From an uncultured Bacteriovoracaceae bacterium (GTDB lineage: Bacteria; Bdellovibrionota; UBA2428), in NCBI GenBank assembly GCA_937952285.1, contig CALFZE010000048.1:3320-67319 (forward strand): DNA of 64,000 nucleotides, given 5' to 3'. The translations under genes and the position numbers were made by a program. The notes under the pieces are model-generated. The model did not search any database. It was given only the letters and a program-made list of their open reading frames with translations, and was not told where the DNA came from. Below, one piece after another: positions 45,076 through 54,573 of the stretch. Numbering within the stretch: the stretch's first letter is position 1; every line of letters begins with the position of its first letter.

Positions 45076-46509
45076 ATGGTTGGAATTCTCCTAGCGGCCG
45101 GTCGCGGCACTCGCATGAAGAGCGAGACGCCGAAAGTTCTCTTCGACGTCAATGACGAGCCCCTTTGCATGGCGCCCTTCCGCGCCCTCGCTTCGTGTTG
45201 CGACAAGATCGTCGTGGTCGTGGGTTACCGCGGCGCCGACGTCAAGCTCGCGCTCAGCGAGGCGGCGAAGCGCGAGATGGGTGCGGCCCGCTTCGAGAGC
45301 CAGGTTCTCTTCGTGACCCAAGATCCTCCCCGCGGAACCGGCGACGCCGTTCGCCGCGCGATCGAGGGAGCGGGGCACGCCGTCTCGAAGTCCGAAGAGA
45401 TCATCGTCCTGAACGGCGACCTTCCGCTCATCCGCGGAACGACGATCGAGCGCTTCGCCAAGACCTGTCGCGCCGAACGCGCGAGTTCCGCTTGTCTCTC
45501 TTTCCGCACGTCGAATCCCAAGGGCCTCGGTCGCATCCTGCGCGACGAGACGGGGGTCTTCACGGGCATCCGCGAGGAAGCCGACGCGAGCGCGGACGAA
45601 AAGCGCATCCGCGAAGTGAACGGCGGCGTTTACTATTTTAGCGCCGAGCTCCTGACCCGCGAAATCTCCTCGCTCCAGAGCGGCAACGCCCAAGGCGAGT
45701 TCTACTTGACCGACCTTCTCGGCGCGAAGCCGGGCCGTCGCTCCGAAGCCATGCTCGTCCGCGCCCCGAACGATCTCATGGGCGTCAACACGACTTGGGA
45801 GCTCGCCCAGGCGCGCCGTATCGCGCAGAGCCGTCTGCAACGCGCCCTCTGCGAGGAGAAGGGCGTGGACTTCCGGGATCCCGCTTCCGCGTTCGTGTCG
45901 GCGCGCGCGCAGTTTCACGGTAGCTGCACGATCGGGCCCGGCGTCTCCATCCTCGGCGACAGCGTCATCGAGGCCGGCGTCGTCATCGAGGGGCAAGTGC
46001 TCCTCGAGAAAGCCATCGTCAGGCAGAACGCCAAAATCCTCTGGGGCTGCGTCATCCGCGAGTCGACCGTGGGCGTGAGGTCCTCGGTGGGGCCGCTCGC
46101 GCACCTGCGCCCGGGCACCGAGCTCGAGGAAGGCGTCCGCATCGGCAACTTCGTCGAAACCAAGAAAACCCGTTTCGGCAAGAACGCCAAGGCCGCGCAT
46201 CTCACCTACCTCGGCGATGCCGAGATCGGCGAAGAAGCCAACATCGGTTGCGGCACGATCACGTGCAACTACGACGGTTTCCAGAAGCACCGAACGAAAG
46301 TCGGCGCGCGCGCCTTCGTCGGCAGCGACACCCAGCTCATCGCGCCCGTCGTGATCGGCGACGATGCCTACATCGCGTCCGGCACCGCCGTCACGCAAGA
46401 CATCCCGTCCGGCGCCCTCGCGTTGGCGCGGGCCAATCTCGTTATCAAGCCGGAGTACGCCAAGCGTCTCCTGGACAAGAAGAAGAAACCCTCGGGTTCT
46501 GGAAAGTAA
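45076..46509 (+). CDS. glmU: Bifunctional UDP-N-acetylglucosamine pyrophosphorylase / glucosamine-1-phosphate N-acetyltransferase
   Basis: N-terminal LAAGRGTRMKS nucleotidyltransferase motif. C-terminal left-handed beta-helix hexapeptide repeats (IGDDAYIASGTAVTQDIPSGALAL). Directly upstream of glmS. Confidence 0.8.
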   Translation: MVGILLAAGRGTRMKSETPKVLFDVNDEPLCMAPFRALASCCDKIVVVVGYRGADVKLALSEAAKREMGAARFESQVLFVTQDPPRGTGDAVRRAIEGAGHAVSKSEEIIVLNGDLPLIRGTTIERFAKTCRAERASSACLSFRTSNPKGLGRILRDETGVFTGIREEADASADEKRIREVNGGVYYFSAELLTREISSLQSGNAQGEFYLTDLLGAKPGRRSEAMLVRAPNDLMGVNTTWELAQARRIAQSRLQRALCEEKGVDFRDPASAFVSARAQFHGSCTIGPGVSILGDSVIEAGVVIEGQVLLEKAIVRQNAKILWGCVIRESTVGVRSSVGPLAHLRPGTELEEGVRIGNFVETKKTRFGKNAKAAHLTYLGDAEIGEEANIGCGTITCNYDGFQKHRTKVGARAFVGSDTQLIAPVVIGDDAYIASGTAVTQDIPSGALALARANLVIKPEYAKRLLDKKKKPSGSGK

Positions 46510-46520
46510 GGACGAAGCGT

Positions 46521-48410
46521 ATGTGCGGAATCGTTGGTTACGTCGGTCGTGAAAAGGTCAAGGACCTCCTGGTGGACGGTCTGTCGCGTTTGGAATACCG
46601 CGGTTACGACTCGGCCGGCTTCGCGCTTTACCCCAAGGATGACACGGCGAACTTCGTGGTCCGCCGCTGCGTCGGCGTCGTCGCTGAGCTGCGCAAGGCG
46701 ACCCAGGACGTCGGCCAGACCGAAACCCAGGGCATCGCCCATACCCGTTGGGCGACCCACGGCGTCCCGAACGAGGTGAACGCGCACCCGCATCTCACCG
46801 GCCTGACCGTACTCGTGCACAACGGCATCATCGAGAACCACGCCCATCTGCGTTCGGCTTTCCAGGAGCAGGGCGTCGCCTTCCATTCGCAGACGGACAC
46901 CGAAGTCTTCGCTCGTCTCATCGAGTCCAACCGCGAATGGCACGTGCAGAAAGAAAAGGAAGCCTCCGGCAAGGACTTTCTGGATCTTCCCACGGAGCGC
47001 AAGCGCGACATCGTTCTGGAAGCTTTGCGCCAGTCCATGCGCCAGGTCGACGGACACTACGCGATCCTCTTCATGGTGAAAGGCTTGCCGGGCTACCTCT
47101 TCGGCGTGCAAAGCGGCGCGCCGATGGTCGTGGGTCGCACGCCCCACGGCTCCCTGATCGCGAGCGACCTGCACGCGCTCATCCGGCACACGCGCGAAGT
47201 GAGCTTCGTCCCCCACGGCGCCATCGTCGAGGCTTCGGCGGAAGGCTACCGCTACATCGATCCCGCGAGCGGCAAGGCGAGCACGCCCAAGTTCGAAACG
47301 ATCAACTGGTCCGCTCAGGAAGTCGAAAAGGAAGGCTACGAGCATTTCATGCTCAAGGAGATCCACCAGCAGCCGCTCGTGGTCGCCGACACTCTTTCCG
47401 GCCGCTTGCCCCAGGAAGCGGGCGACCCCTTCATCTGGGACCATCCGAAGGCCCACGAAGTCCTTTGGAAGAACTGCAAGAAGGTCTACCTCGTCGCCTG
47501 CGGCACGGCTTACTACGCCGCCATGGTCGGAAAGTACTTCCTCGAACGCTGGGCGCGCATTCCCGTCGAGGTCGATCTCGCCAGCGAGTTCCGTTACCGC
47601 TCCCCGATCCTCGAGCCGGGCACCGTGCTCGGGGTCATCAGCCAGTCCGGCGAGACGGCCGACACCTTGGCGGCCCTGCGTCTCGCCAACGAGATGGGCG
47701 TGACGACCTTCTCGGTCTGCAACGTGCCGGGCTCGACGATCATGCGCGAGTCCAGCTTTCAGTACCCGACGAAGGCCGGTCCCGAGATCGGCGTCGCTTC
47801 GACGAAAGCCTTCACGGCCCAGCTCGTCGTGCTCGCCGCGCTCGCCCAGGACATCGCGCGCTTGCGCGGTTTCAAGGCGGATCCGGCGCCCTTCGCGCGT
47901 TTGCCCCACGACATGGAGCAGATCCTGGCCCGTGCGCAATCCTACATGGACCTCGGCGCGCGCTTGGCCGACAAGAAAACGATTCTCTTCGTGGGGCGCG
48001 GCGCGATGTATCCCCTCGCGCTCGAGGGTGCGCTCAAGCTGAAGGAGATCAGCTACCGCCACGCCGAGGGCTACGCCGCGGGCGAGCTCAAGCACGGCCC
48101 CATCGCTCTCGTCGACGAACGCCTCGCGACGATCGTCCTCGGGCCGAGCGACGACCTGCTCCCCAAGACGCTTTCCAACCTCGAAGAGATCCGCAGTCGG
48201 AAGGGCTACATCATCGGGATCGGCGAAGAGTCGAACAAGAACTTCAAGGCACTTTGCGACGAGTACATCGGCATGCCGGCGACGGATTGGGCGCTCGCGC
48301 CCTTGCTCTACGTCCTACCGCTCCAGTTGATTTCGTACGGCCTCGCGAAGCACCTGGAATGCGACATCGACAAGCCCCGCAACCTCGCCAAGTCTGTCAC
48401 CGTGGAGTGA
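46521..48410 (+). CDS. glmS: Glutamine--fructose-6-phosphate aminotransferase
   Basis: MCGIVGYVG Ntn-amidotransferase start with catalytic Cys2. Two SIS domains. C-terminal ...KPRNLAKSVTVE. ORF-track start replaced by the conserved MCGIV. Confidence 0.85.
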   Translation: MCGIVGYVGREKVKDLLVDGLSRLEYRGYDSAGFALYPKDDTANFVVRRCVGVVAELRKATQDVGQTETQGIAHTRWATHGVPNEVNAHPHLTGLTVLVHNGIIENHAHLRSAFQEQGVAFHSQTDTEVFARLIESNREWHVQKEKEASGKDFLDLPTERKRDIVLEALRQSMRQVDGHYAILFMVKGLPGYLFGVQSGAPMVVGRTPHGSLIASDLHALIRHTREVSFVPHGAIVEASAEGYRYIDPASGKASTPKFETINWSAQEVEKEGYEHFMLKEIHQQPLVVADTLSGRLPQEAGDPFIWDHPKAHEVLWKNCKKVYLVACGTAYYAAMVGKYFLERWARIPVEVDLASEFRYRSPILEPGTVLGVISQSGETADTLAALRLANEMGVTTFSVCNVPGSTIMRESSFQYPTKAGPEIGVASTKAFTAQLVVLAALAQDIARLRGFKADPAPFARLPHDMEQILARAQSYMDLGARLADKKTILFVGRGAMYPLALEGALKLKEISYRHAEGYAAGELKHGPIALVDERLATIVLGPSDDLLPKTLSNLEEIRSRKGYIIGIGEESNKNFKALCDEYIGMPATDWALAPLLYVLPLQLISYGLAKHLECDIDKPRNLAKSVTVE

Positions 48411-48440
48411 CGCGGCGGGCGCTCGTTTTGTGAGGCGCCT

Positions 48441-49202
48441 TTAGGCGGCGGGAAGGTTGGCGACGGGCACGAAGGCGCGAACCTTGAAGAGATCCGCGAA
48501 GGCCGTCACGAGTTGCTCGGCGTCTTCGGTCACCTGGATGAATTCGATGCCGATGCCAAAGAGCCCGTTCTCGCGGTAGACCCAGCGCACGAGCCCTTCG
48601 CCTTGCAACGAGGTCGAAGGCAGCATCGCGAGCTGGATATCGAACTTCACGACTTGACCGACCTCGGGAATCTTCTGGCTCCGTTCCAGGAAGAGCGAGA
48701 AGCCGCCCCGTCCGACCGCGTGAACTTCGGCTTGCAGGTCGAAGTGGCGCTTCGTCGATCGCGGCGCGTTCCCGAGCAGGGCATTCCGCTCGGCGGGGCT
48801 CGGATCCGAAAGCCGGCGCGTTTTGGCGGCCACGGGTACGAGCCGCGCGGCGATCGCCAGGAATTCCTCCACGACGAAGGGCTTCTTGAGGGTTCCCCAG
48901 ACGCCCAGGTGATGCAGGTCGCGCAGGCTCAGTCCCGGCTGTTCGCCGAGCACGAGGATCTCGGGCTTGATGGGGTAGCGCATCCGGAGCTTCTCCACGA
49001 AGTCTGGCAGGTCGAGTTCGGGCAACTGGGAGTCGATCAGGAGCAGGCTCCACGTCCGCTCGGCCAGCTTGTCGGCGAGATCATGGGCCTCGCTCACGAT
49101 CTCGACCACGAAGTCGTGGTCCGCGAGGCTGCGGCGAAGGGCTTCGAGGCCTTCCGGAGAGGGACTCCAAGCCAAGACGGGAACCTGATTTCGTTTCATC
49201 AT
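48441..49202 (-). CDS. Receiver-like domain plus PilZ-like domain protein (putative c-di-GMP effector)
   Basis: N-terminal CheY-like layout with candidate phosphoacceptor in [13 protein letters not shown]-terminal region has an RxxxR-like box (RSTKRH) and a beta-barrel-like segment resembling PilZ. Domain calls are tentative. Confidence 0.45.
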   Translation of the reverse strand: MMKRNQVPVLAWSPSPEGLEALRRSLADHDFVVEIVSEAHDLADKLAERTWSLLLIDSQLPELDLPDFVEKLRMRYPIKPEILVLGEQPGLSLRDLHHLGVWGTLKKPFVVEEFLAIAARLVPVAAKTRRLSDPSPAERNALLGNAPRSTKRHFDLQAEVHAVGRGGFSLFLERSQKIPEVGQVVKFDIQLAMLPSTSLQGEGLVRWVYRENGLFGIGIEFIQVTEDAEQLVTAFADLFKVRAFVPVANLPAA

Positions 49203-49361
49203 CGACCCTCTCAGGATAGTCCGGAGACGAGTCCCCCGTCCGTGAAGATTTCGTGTGCCCGCCGTGTCGGCGGGGTGAAACTTCGCGCCGCCGCCCGACT
49301 TTTGCGGAAGGCCTCCGTCGGCCGTTGCGAGGCGGGGAAGGCGGGATTAAACCTCGGGGCC

Positions 49362-50789
49362 ATGGCAAATCAGACTCCTTCCGACACCCACTCCAACGTC
49401 CCGACCCGCGTCGAAACCGACACGATGGGCGAAATGAAGGTCCAGAGCGACAAGTACTGGGGCGCGCAAACGCAGCGCTCGCTCATCAACTTCCCCGTCG
49501 GCGAGGACCGCATGTCCCGCCCGATCATCCGCGCCCTCGGCATCCTCAAGAAGGGCGCTGCGCAGGCGAACTTCGAGCTCGGCAAGCTCCCCAAGGATAA
49601 GTTCGACGCCATCTGCAAGGCCGCCGACGAAGTCATCGAGGGCAAGCTCGACTCGCACTTCCCCCTCGTCGTCTGGCAAACGGGCTCGGGCACGCAAACG
49701 AACATGAACGCGAACGAGGTCATTTCGAACCGCGCCATCGAGATGATGGGCGGTACGATGGGTTCCAAGAAGCCCGTTCATCCGAACGACGACGTGAACA
49801 AGAGCCAAAGCTCGAACGACGTCTTCCCCACGGCCATGCACATCGCCGCGGTCGAAGTCGTCGAGCGTCAGCTCCTTCCCGGCCTGCACAAGCTCCAAAA
49901 GGCCCTCAAGGAGAAGGAAGAGAAGTTCGCCAAGGTCATCAAGGTCGGTCGCACCCACCTCATGGACGCGACGCCCCTCACGGTCGGCCAAGAAATCTCC
50001 GGTTGGCGCACGCAAGTCGAGTACGGCATCGAGCGCGTCGAGCAGTCCCTCGGCAAGCTTCGTTACCTCGCCCAAGGCGGCACGGCCGTCGGCACGGGTC
50101 TCAACACGCACCCCAAGTTCGCCGAGCTCGTGGCCAAAAAGATCACCGAGCTTTCGGGCTGCCAATTCGTGACGGCGCCCAACAAGTTCGAAGCCCTCGC
50201 TTCGCACGACGCGATCGTCTTCGCCCACGGCGCGCTCAAGACCCTCGCGTGCTCCTTCATGAAGATTGCCAACGACGTGCGCTGGCTCGGCTCGGGCCCC
50301 CGCTGCGGCCTGAACGAGTTCAAACTCCCCGAAAACGAACCCGGCTCCTCGATCATGCCGGGCAAGGTGAATCCCACGCAGAGCGAGTCGATGACGATGG
50401 TCTGCTGCCAGGTGCTCGGCAACGACGTCGCCATCAACATGGGCGGCGCTTCGGGTAACTTCGAGCTCAACGTCTTCAAGCCCCTCATGATCCACAACTT
50501 CTTGCATTCAGCGCGTCTGCTCGCGGACTCGGCTTCGACTTTCGTCGACCACTGCCTCGACGGACTCGAGATCGACGAGAAGGCCATCGCCAAGCACCTC
50601 GAGAATACGCTCATGCTCGTGACGGCGCTCAACACGCACATCGGCTACGACAAGGCGGCCGCGATCGCGAAGAAGGCCCACAAAGAGGGCAAAACCCTTC
50701 GCGAGACGGCGCTCGAGCTCGGCCACCTCACGAACGAGCAGTTCGACCAGTGGGTCCGCCCCGAAGACATGATCTATCCTCGCGAGTAG
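49362..50789 (+). CDS. fumC: Class II fumarate hydratase
   Basis: Full-length FumC including the [15 protein letters not shown] signature loop. Start at the internal ATG (MANQTPSD). Confidence 0.85.
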   Translation: MANQTPSDTHSNVPTRVETDTMGEMKVQSDKYWGAQTQRSLINFPVGEDRMSRPIIRALGILKKGAAQANFELGKLPKDKFDAICKAADEVIEGKLDSHFPLVVWQTGSGTQTNMNANEVISNRAIEMMGGTMGSKKPVHPNDDVNKSQSSNDVFPTAMHIAAVEVVERQLLPGLHKLQKALKEKEEKFAKVIKVGRTHLMDATPLTVGQEISGWRTQVEYGIERVEQSLGKLRYLAQGGTAVGTGLNTHPKFAELVAKKITELSGCQFVTAPNKFEALASHDAIVFAHGALKTLACSFMKIANDVRWLGSGPRCGLNEFKLPENEPGSSIMPGKVNPTQSESMTMVCCQVLGNDVAINMGGASGNFELNVFKPLMIHNFLHSARLLADSASTFVDHCLDGLEIDEKAIAKHLENTLMLVTALNTHIGYDKAAAIAKKAHKEGKTLRETALELGHLTNEQFDQWVRPEDMIYPRE

Positions 50790-50848
50790 CTAACTACTCG
50801 GAACATTCGTAGAGGCAGCCTGAATCTGGCGGTCCTTAGGAGTTTGCG

Positions 50849-51403
50849 ATGGCCCGTACGCCTTCCGTCATGATCGAACTCGGCACGAAGTTGCCGTCTT
50901 TCCGTTTGCCCGACGTTGACGGACGCCCGGTGGCGTCCGACGACGTCGCCAAGTCGAAGGGCCTCCTCGTTATGTTCATCTGCAACCACTGCCCCTTCGT
51001 GAAGCATTTGCACCCCGTGCTCGGGGAGCGAGCGAACGCTTGGGTGAAGGCGGGCCTCGGCGTCGTCGCGATCAGTTCGAACGATGCCGTCGCCTATCCC
51101 GAGGATTCCCCCGAAAAGATGAAGCAGGAAAGCCGCGAGCGTGGTTTTGGGTTTCCGTATCTTTTCGACGAAACCCAGTCCGTCGCGAAGGCTTTTCGAG
51201 CGGCTTGCACCCCCGATTTCTTCCTCTTCGATGGTTCGCAGAGGCTCGTCTACCGGGGCCAGTTCGACGCGAGTCGGCCGGGTAATGGGAAAGCGGTGAA
51301 CGGCGAGGATCTGGAACGCGCGGTCCAGGCGCTTTTGGCCAATAAGCCGATTGATTCCAACCAGATGCCAAGTATCGGTTGCAACATTAAGTGGAGAGCC
51401 TAG
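50849..51403 (+). CDS. Thioredoxin-fold thiol-disulfide oxidoreductase (redoxin/AhpC-TSA-like)
   Basis: GLLVMFICNHCPFVKH active-site CxxC-type motif in a thioredoxin-fold context. Confidence 0.6.
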   Translation: MARTPSVMIELGTKLPSFRLPDVDGRPVASDDVAKSKGLLVMFICNHCPFVKHLHPVLGERANAWVKAGLGVVAISSNDAVAYPEDSPEKMKQESRERGFGFPYLFDETQSVAKAFRAACTPDFFLFDGSQRLVYRGQFDASRPGNGKAVNGEDLERAVQALLANKPIDSNQMPSIGCNIKWRA

Positions 51404-51571
51404 GCTTCGTTTGGGTATTCCGGGGATCGCCGCGCGCCTTCGAAAAAGTCTAACGGCAGGCGTTCCGGCGGCGTTCGCTGACATAAGTGCCTGAATTTTG
51501 ACACAGTCTTTGACGAGGCGAGTTAAGGTGTGGTAAATCTCCCCCTGGCTTTAGGCAAGGGAGTGCTTCGC

Positions 51572-53431
51572 ATGACGGCTCAACAAGGCCCCGCAAAAAT
51601 GAGAACGCTAATCACGTCTCAGGCCCGTACGCTTGTCTTCGAAGGCAAGCCGAAAGAAGCCGAGCAAAGCCTCAACAATCTTCTTAAGCAATCCCTCAGC
51701 ACGGCCGAGCGTCTCGAAGTCCTGGCGCTTCTCATCCGCTTAGCGGCCGAAAGCCGCAACGTCGAGCGCTTCCCGGAACTCATCGCCGAAGTCAAAAAGC
51801 TCGAAGTGACGACGGATGCCGATAAGGAAGCCCTGGCCGACTGTATCTACAGCACGGCGACGGGATGGTTCTACCTCGGTAACCACGACAAGGCTCGTTC
51901 CGGATTTGAACAGGCCCGCGAGATCTTCTCGAACCTCGCCAACGAGACCAAGGTCCTGAAGGCCGAGTTCTCGCTGGCCGAGATCATGCGTCAGGAAGGC
52001 CGATACTTCGAGATCCTCGAGAATCTCTCGATCATGAAAGAGCGTGCCGAACGTTTGGCCGACAACTTCTTGCTCGGGGACGTCCTGATCCTGGAAGGGA
52101 ACATTTACCGCAAGACGGGCGACTACGTTCGCGCGATCGACGCCTACGAAAAGGCGCGCGAGTTCCTCAGCGAAAACAAAAACTCCGAAAAGTACCACTA
52201 CACTCTGTGGGCCCTCGGCACTTGCTACGCGGCCCTCGAAGACAAGACGAAAGCCAAGATCTACCTCGAGCTCGCGAGCAACAACTTCAAGGGCGCCGCC
52301 TTCGTCCGTATCAATATCCTCTCCCTTCTGACGCTCGCCGAGCTTTACACGGTGCTCGGGCAATACAGCGACGCCGAGCAATCCTACAAGCGGGTCGAAG
52401 AACTCGTCGGCTCGGAAGAGAACTCTTATTTCGGCCGTCGTTTGCTCCGCGGCCAAGCGTTGCTGGCGATCAAGCGGGGCGAGTTCGACGTTTCCAACCG
52501 CCTCATCGATCAGCTCGTCCTTAACGCGATCAAGGAAAAGAACTCCAAAGAGATCATGCGCCTTCGCCTGTTGAAGGCGGAAGTGCTTTTGCGCGGCGGC
52601 GAGTCGCTGCAGCACGAAGAAGCGCGTGCCATGCTCCAGGAAGCCTTGGCTTTCTACCGCGAACAGAACGTTCGCCGTCACCAGGCCGTTTGCCTTGAGC
52701 TTCTCGCGCGTCTCGACTCCGCGTCGGGTTACCCGCAGGATTCGCTTAAGAAGGTCGAAGAAATGCTGGGGCTCGCGCAAGAAGGCGGATTCGAGCGTCT
52801 CGTCATCCGCGCTCACCTGGCTAAGCTTGTGCTCATGCGCAAGCTCGGAAATCAGATCAAGACCGAGGAGCTCGACCGTCTCATGCCGATGATCGAAAAG
52901 CTCTCGGCTTCGGCGGAACGCGTCGCCCTGTTGCGCTTCAAGCTCGAGAAGTACGAGGAGTGGACGAGCGAACTCAATCGCCTCGATCCCCATTCGCAAC
53001 GCTTCGTGAACGAATTCTTCGAGGATTTCCATTTCATCCCGAACCAGACGGTGGACCTCGAGATCGATCGCAATTCGCACTACGTGCGCGAGAAGCACCT
53101 GGGCGAGATTCCGTTCCATAATAAGTTCACGCTGATGAAGATCCTGTTGTTGCTGGCGGAAACGCCGGGGCGCGAGTTCTCCAAAGAGCAGCTCGCCAAG
53201 GAAATCTGGGAGCAGGAATACAATCCGCTCCGGCACGACAACAACATCTACATCAACATCAACCGCTTGCGGAAGCTCATCGAGCCGAACCCTCGCGAAA
53301 GCCGTTACGTCATGAACGGCTCGCGTGGTTACTATCTGAACCCGGCGATGAAGGTGAACATTTCTTCCAAAATCGCGGATGTCGCGCCTCGCGCGATGCC
53401 GAAGTCTAAAACGGAAGGGCCTCGCGCCTAG
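51572..53431 (+). CDS. TPR-repeat protein with C-terminal OmpR/PhoB-type winged-helix DNA-binding domain (transcriptional regulator)
   Basis: AAGGGAG RBS 8 nt upstream of the ATG. Long N-terminal TPR array. C-terminal FTLMKILLLLAETPGREFSKEQLAKEIWEQEYNPLRHDNNIYININRLRKLIE matches the trans_reg_C wHTH consensus. Possible sigma70 promoter TTGACG...TAAAT about 30-60 nt upstream. Confidence 0.55.
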   Translation: MTAQQGPAKMRTLITSQARTLVFEGKPKEAEQSLNNLLKQSLSTAERLEVLALLIRLAAESRNVERFPELIAEVKKLEVTTDADKEALADCIYSTATGWFYLGNHDKARSGFEQAREIFSNLANETKVLKAEFSLAEIMRQEGRYFEILENLSIMKERAERLADNFLLGDVLILEGNIYRKTGDYVRAIDAYEKAREFLSENKNSEKYHYTLWALGTCYAALEDKTKAKIYLELASNNFKGAAFVRINILSLLTLAELYTVLGQYSDAEQSYKRVEELVGSEENSYFGRRLLRGQALLAIKRGEFDVSNRLIDQLVLNAIKEKNSKEIMRLRLLKAEVLLRGGESLQHEEARAMLQEALAFYREQNVRRHQAVCLELLARLDSASGYPQDSLKKVEEMLGLAQEGGFERLVIRAHLAKLVLMRKLGNQIKTEELDRLMPMIEKLSASAERVALLRFKLEKYEEWTSELNRLDPHSQRFVNEFFEDFHFIPNQTVDLEIDRNSHYVREKHLGEIPFHNKFTLMKILLLLAETPGREFSKEQLAKEIWEQEYNPLRHDNNIYININRLRKLIEPNPRESRYVMNGSRGYYLNPAMKVNISSKIADVAPRAMPKSKTEGPRA

Positions 53432-53451
53432 CGCGCGAGCTAAGGGGTTTC

Positions 53452-54006
53452 ATGGGGGGTTCCATGATGAATCAGGGTTGCTTGTCGGCGCTCGTTTTGA
53501 GCTTGGGAATGGCCGTTTCGGGTTTGGCGGAGGCGGGCCCCAAGTCCGCGTCGTCGTTATTCCCGGTTCCGGCTTGCGAAGTTCGTCACGATCGCGAAAC
53601 TCTCGCGACGCAAGTCCGGGGCGAGTACCGTCCGACGGGTGACGGGTCGATCCCCTGGCTGAGCCTGGTCGGGACGTGGGTAGATGAAAAGCGCGGCATC
53701 ATCGTGCAGTTCCAAACGGAACCTTTCAGCAATAACAAGTTCGGGATCGCCCGCATCACGTTGAAGAATCTTTGCACGCTCCAGGTGATCGCCAAAGGAG
53801 CACGCCTGGTGACCGAGGAAGATCTGGATGCCGAAGTCTTTGAAGCCTCCTTGCGAGTCTATGGCTATCTGCGTCATAGTCAGATTTCGATCCTCCTCGA
53901 TATGAACCCGGAAGGAATTGCGACGCCTTACACGCGGGTTCGCTTCAAGCGGATGGACCTGACGAAGCCCAAAATCGTCGACGAGTTCTGGCTTCAGCGC
54001 CCGTAA
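53452..54006 (+). CDS. Hypothetical secreted protein
   Basis: Signal peptide LSALVLSLGMAVSGLAEA. No recognisable domain. Followed by a 9-bp perfect hairpin at 54017-54039. Confidence 0.4.
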   Translation: MGGSMMNQGCLSALVLSLGMAVSGLAEAGPKSASSLFPVPACEVRHDRETLATQVRGEYRPTGDGSIPWLSLVGTWVDEKRGIIVQFQTEPFSNNKFGIARITLKNLCTLQVIAKGARLVTEEDLDAEVFEASLRVYGYLRHSQISILLDMNPEGIATPYTRVRFKRMDLTKPKIVDEFWLQRP

Positions 54007-54038
54007 GAACAAAGCAAGGGCCGACGCGAAGTCGGCCC

Positions 54039-54068
54039 TTGACGCCCCGAGTATCTGTCGATAATACC
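54039..54068 (+). promoter_or_regulatory. Putative sigma70-type promoter (TTGACG - about 16-17 nt - ATAATA/TAATAC) driving the small basic ORF and rpsR
   Basis: -35 TTGACG at 54039-54044 and -10-like GATAATAC at 54060-54067. The ATG at 54079 lies only about 5-10 nt downstream of the predicted start site and has no SD, suggesting a leaderless or near-leaderless mRNA. Confidence 0.4.
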
Positions 54069-54078
54069 CACAACTCTT

Positions 54079-54192
54079 ATGGCACGTGGTGACAATCGCA
54101 GAACCCTCAAGAAAACTCGCCGCAAGGCTCAGCGTAAGAAGAAAGCGCGCATTCAAAAGCGCAAGGCGGCTGGTAAAGCCGCTAAGAAGTAA
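54079..54192 (+). CDS. Unlisted 37-aa highly basic small protein, possible ribosomal protein bTHX-like
   Basis: MARGDNRRTLKKTRRKAQRKKKARIQKRKAAGKAAKK. Codon usage is typical of highly expressed genes (CGT/GGT/GCT/AAG). Lies between a promoter-like element and rpsR. N-terminal MxRGDxRRT resembles Thermus Thx (MGKGDRRTRRGK...). Below the length cut-off of the ORF track. Confidence 0.45.
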   Translation: MARGDNRRTLKKTRRKAQRKKKARIQKRKAAGKAAKK

Positions 54193-54226
54193 GCCAGCGC
54201 CGGCATTTAAGGGATAGAGACGGAAA

Positions 54227-54529
54227 ATGGATAAGCCGAATTTCAATCAAATGGACGATTCCGGAGCCAAAGAAGGCCGTGAAGGCGGTCGCGAAGGCCG
54301 CGGCGGCGGTCGTGGTTTCGGTCGCCGCAAGGTCGACCCCTTCCTCCTCGATAAAACCCTCGTTCTTGACTACAAGAACATCAAAGCGCTCGGCCGTTTC
54401 GTTTCCGAAACCGGCAAGATCGTTCCGCGCCACATCACCGGCGCGACGGCTAAGCACCAGCGTCAGATCGCCCGCTTCGTGAAGCGTTGCCGTAACCTCG
54501 GCCTCTTCGCTCCGAAGATGGAAGGCTAA
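54227..54529 (+). CDS. rpsR: 30S ribosomal protein S18 with Gly/Arg-rich N-terminal extension
   Basis: Core LDYKNIKALGRFVSETGKIVPRHITGATAKHQRQIARFVKRCRNLGL matches bS18. About 35-aa N-terminal extension (EGREGGREGRGGGRGFGRR). Confidence 0.8.
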   Translation: MDKPNFNQMDDSGAKEGREGGREGRGGGRGFGRRKVDPFLLDKTLVLDYKNIKALGRFVSETGKIVPRHITGATAKHQRQIARFVKRCRNLGLFAPKMEG

Positions 54530-54573
54530 AAAGCTGGCTGTTCAAGGCTCCTCGCGGGGCCTAAACTGAGGGA

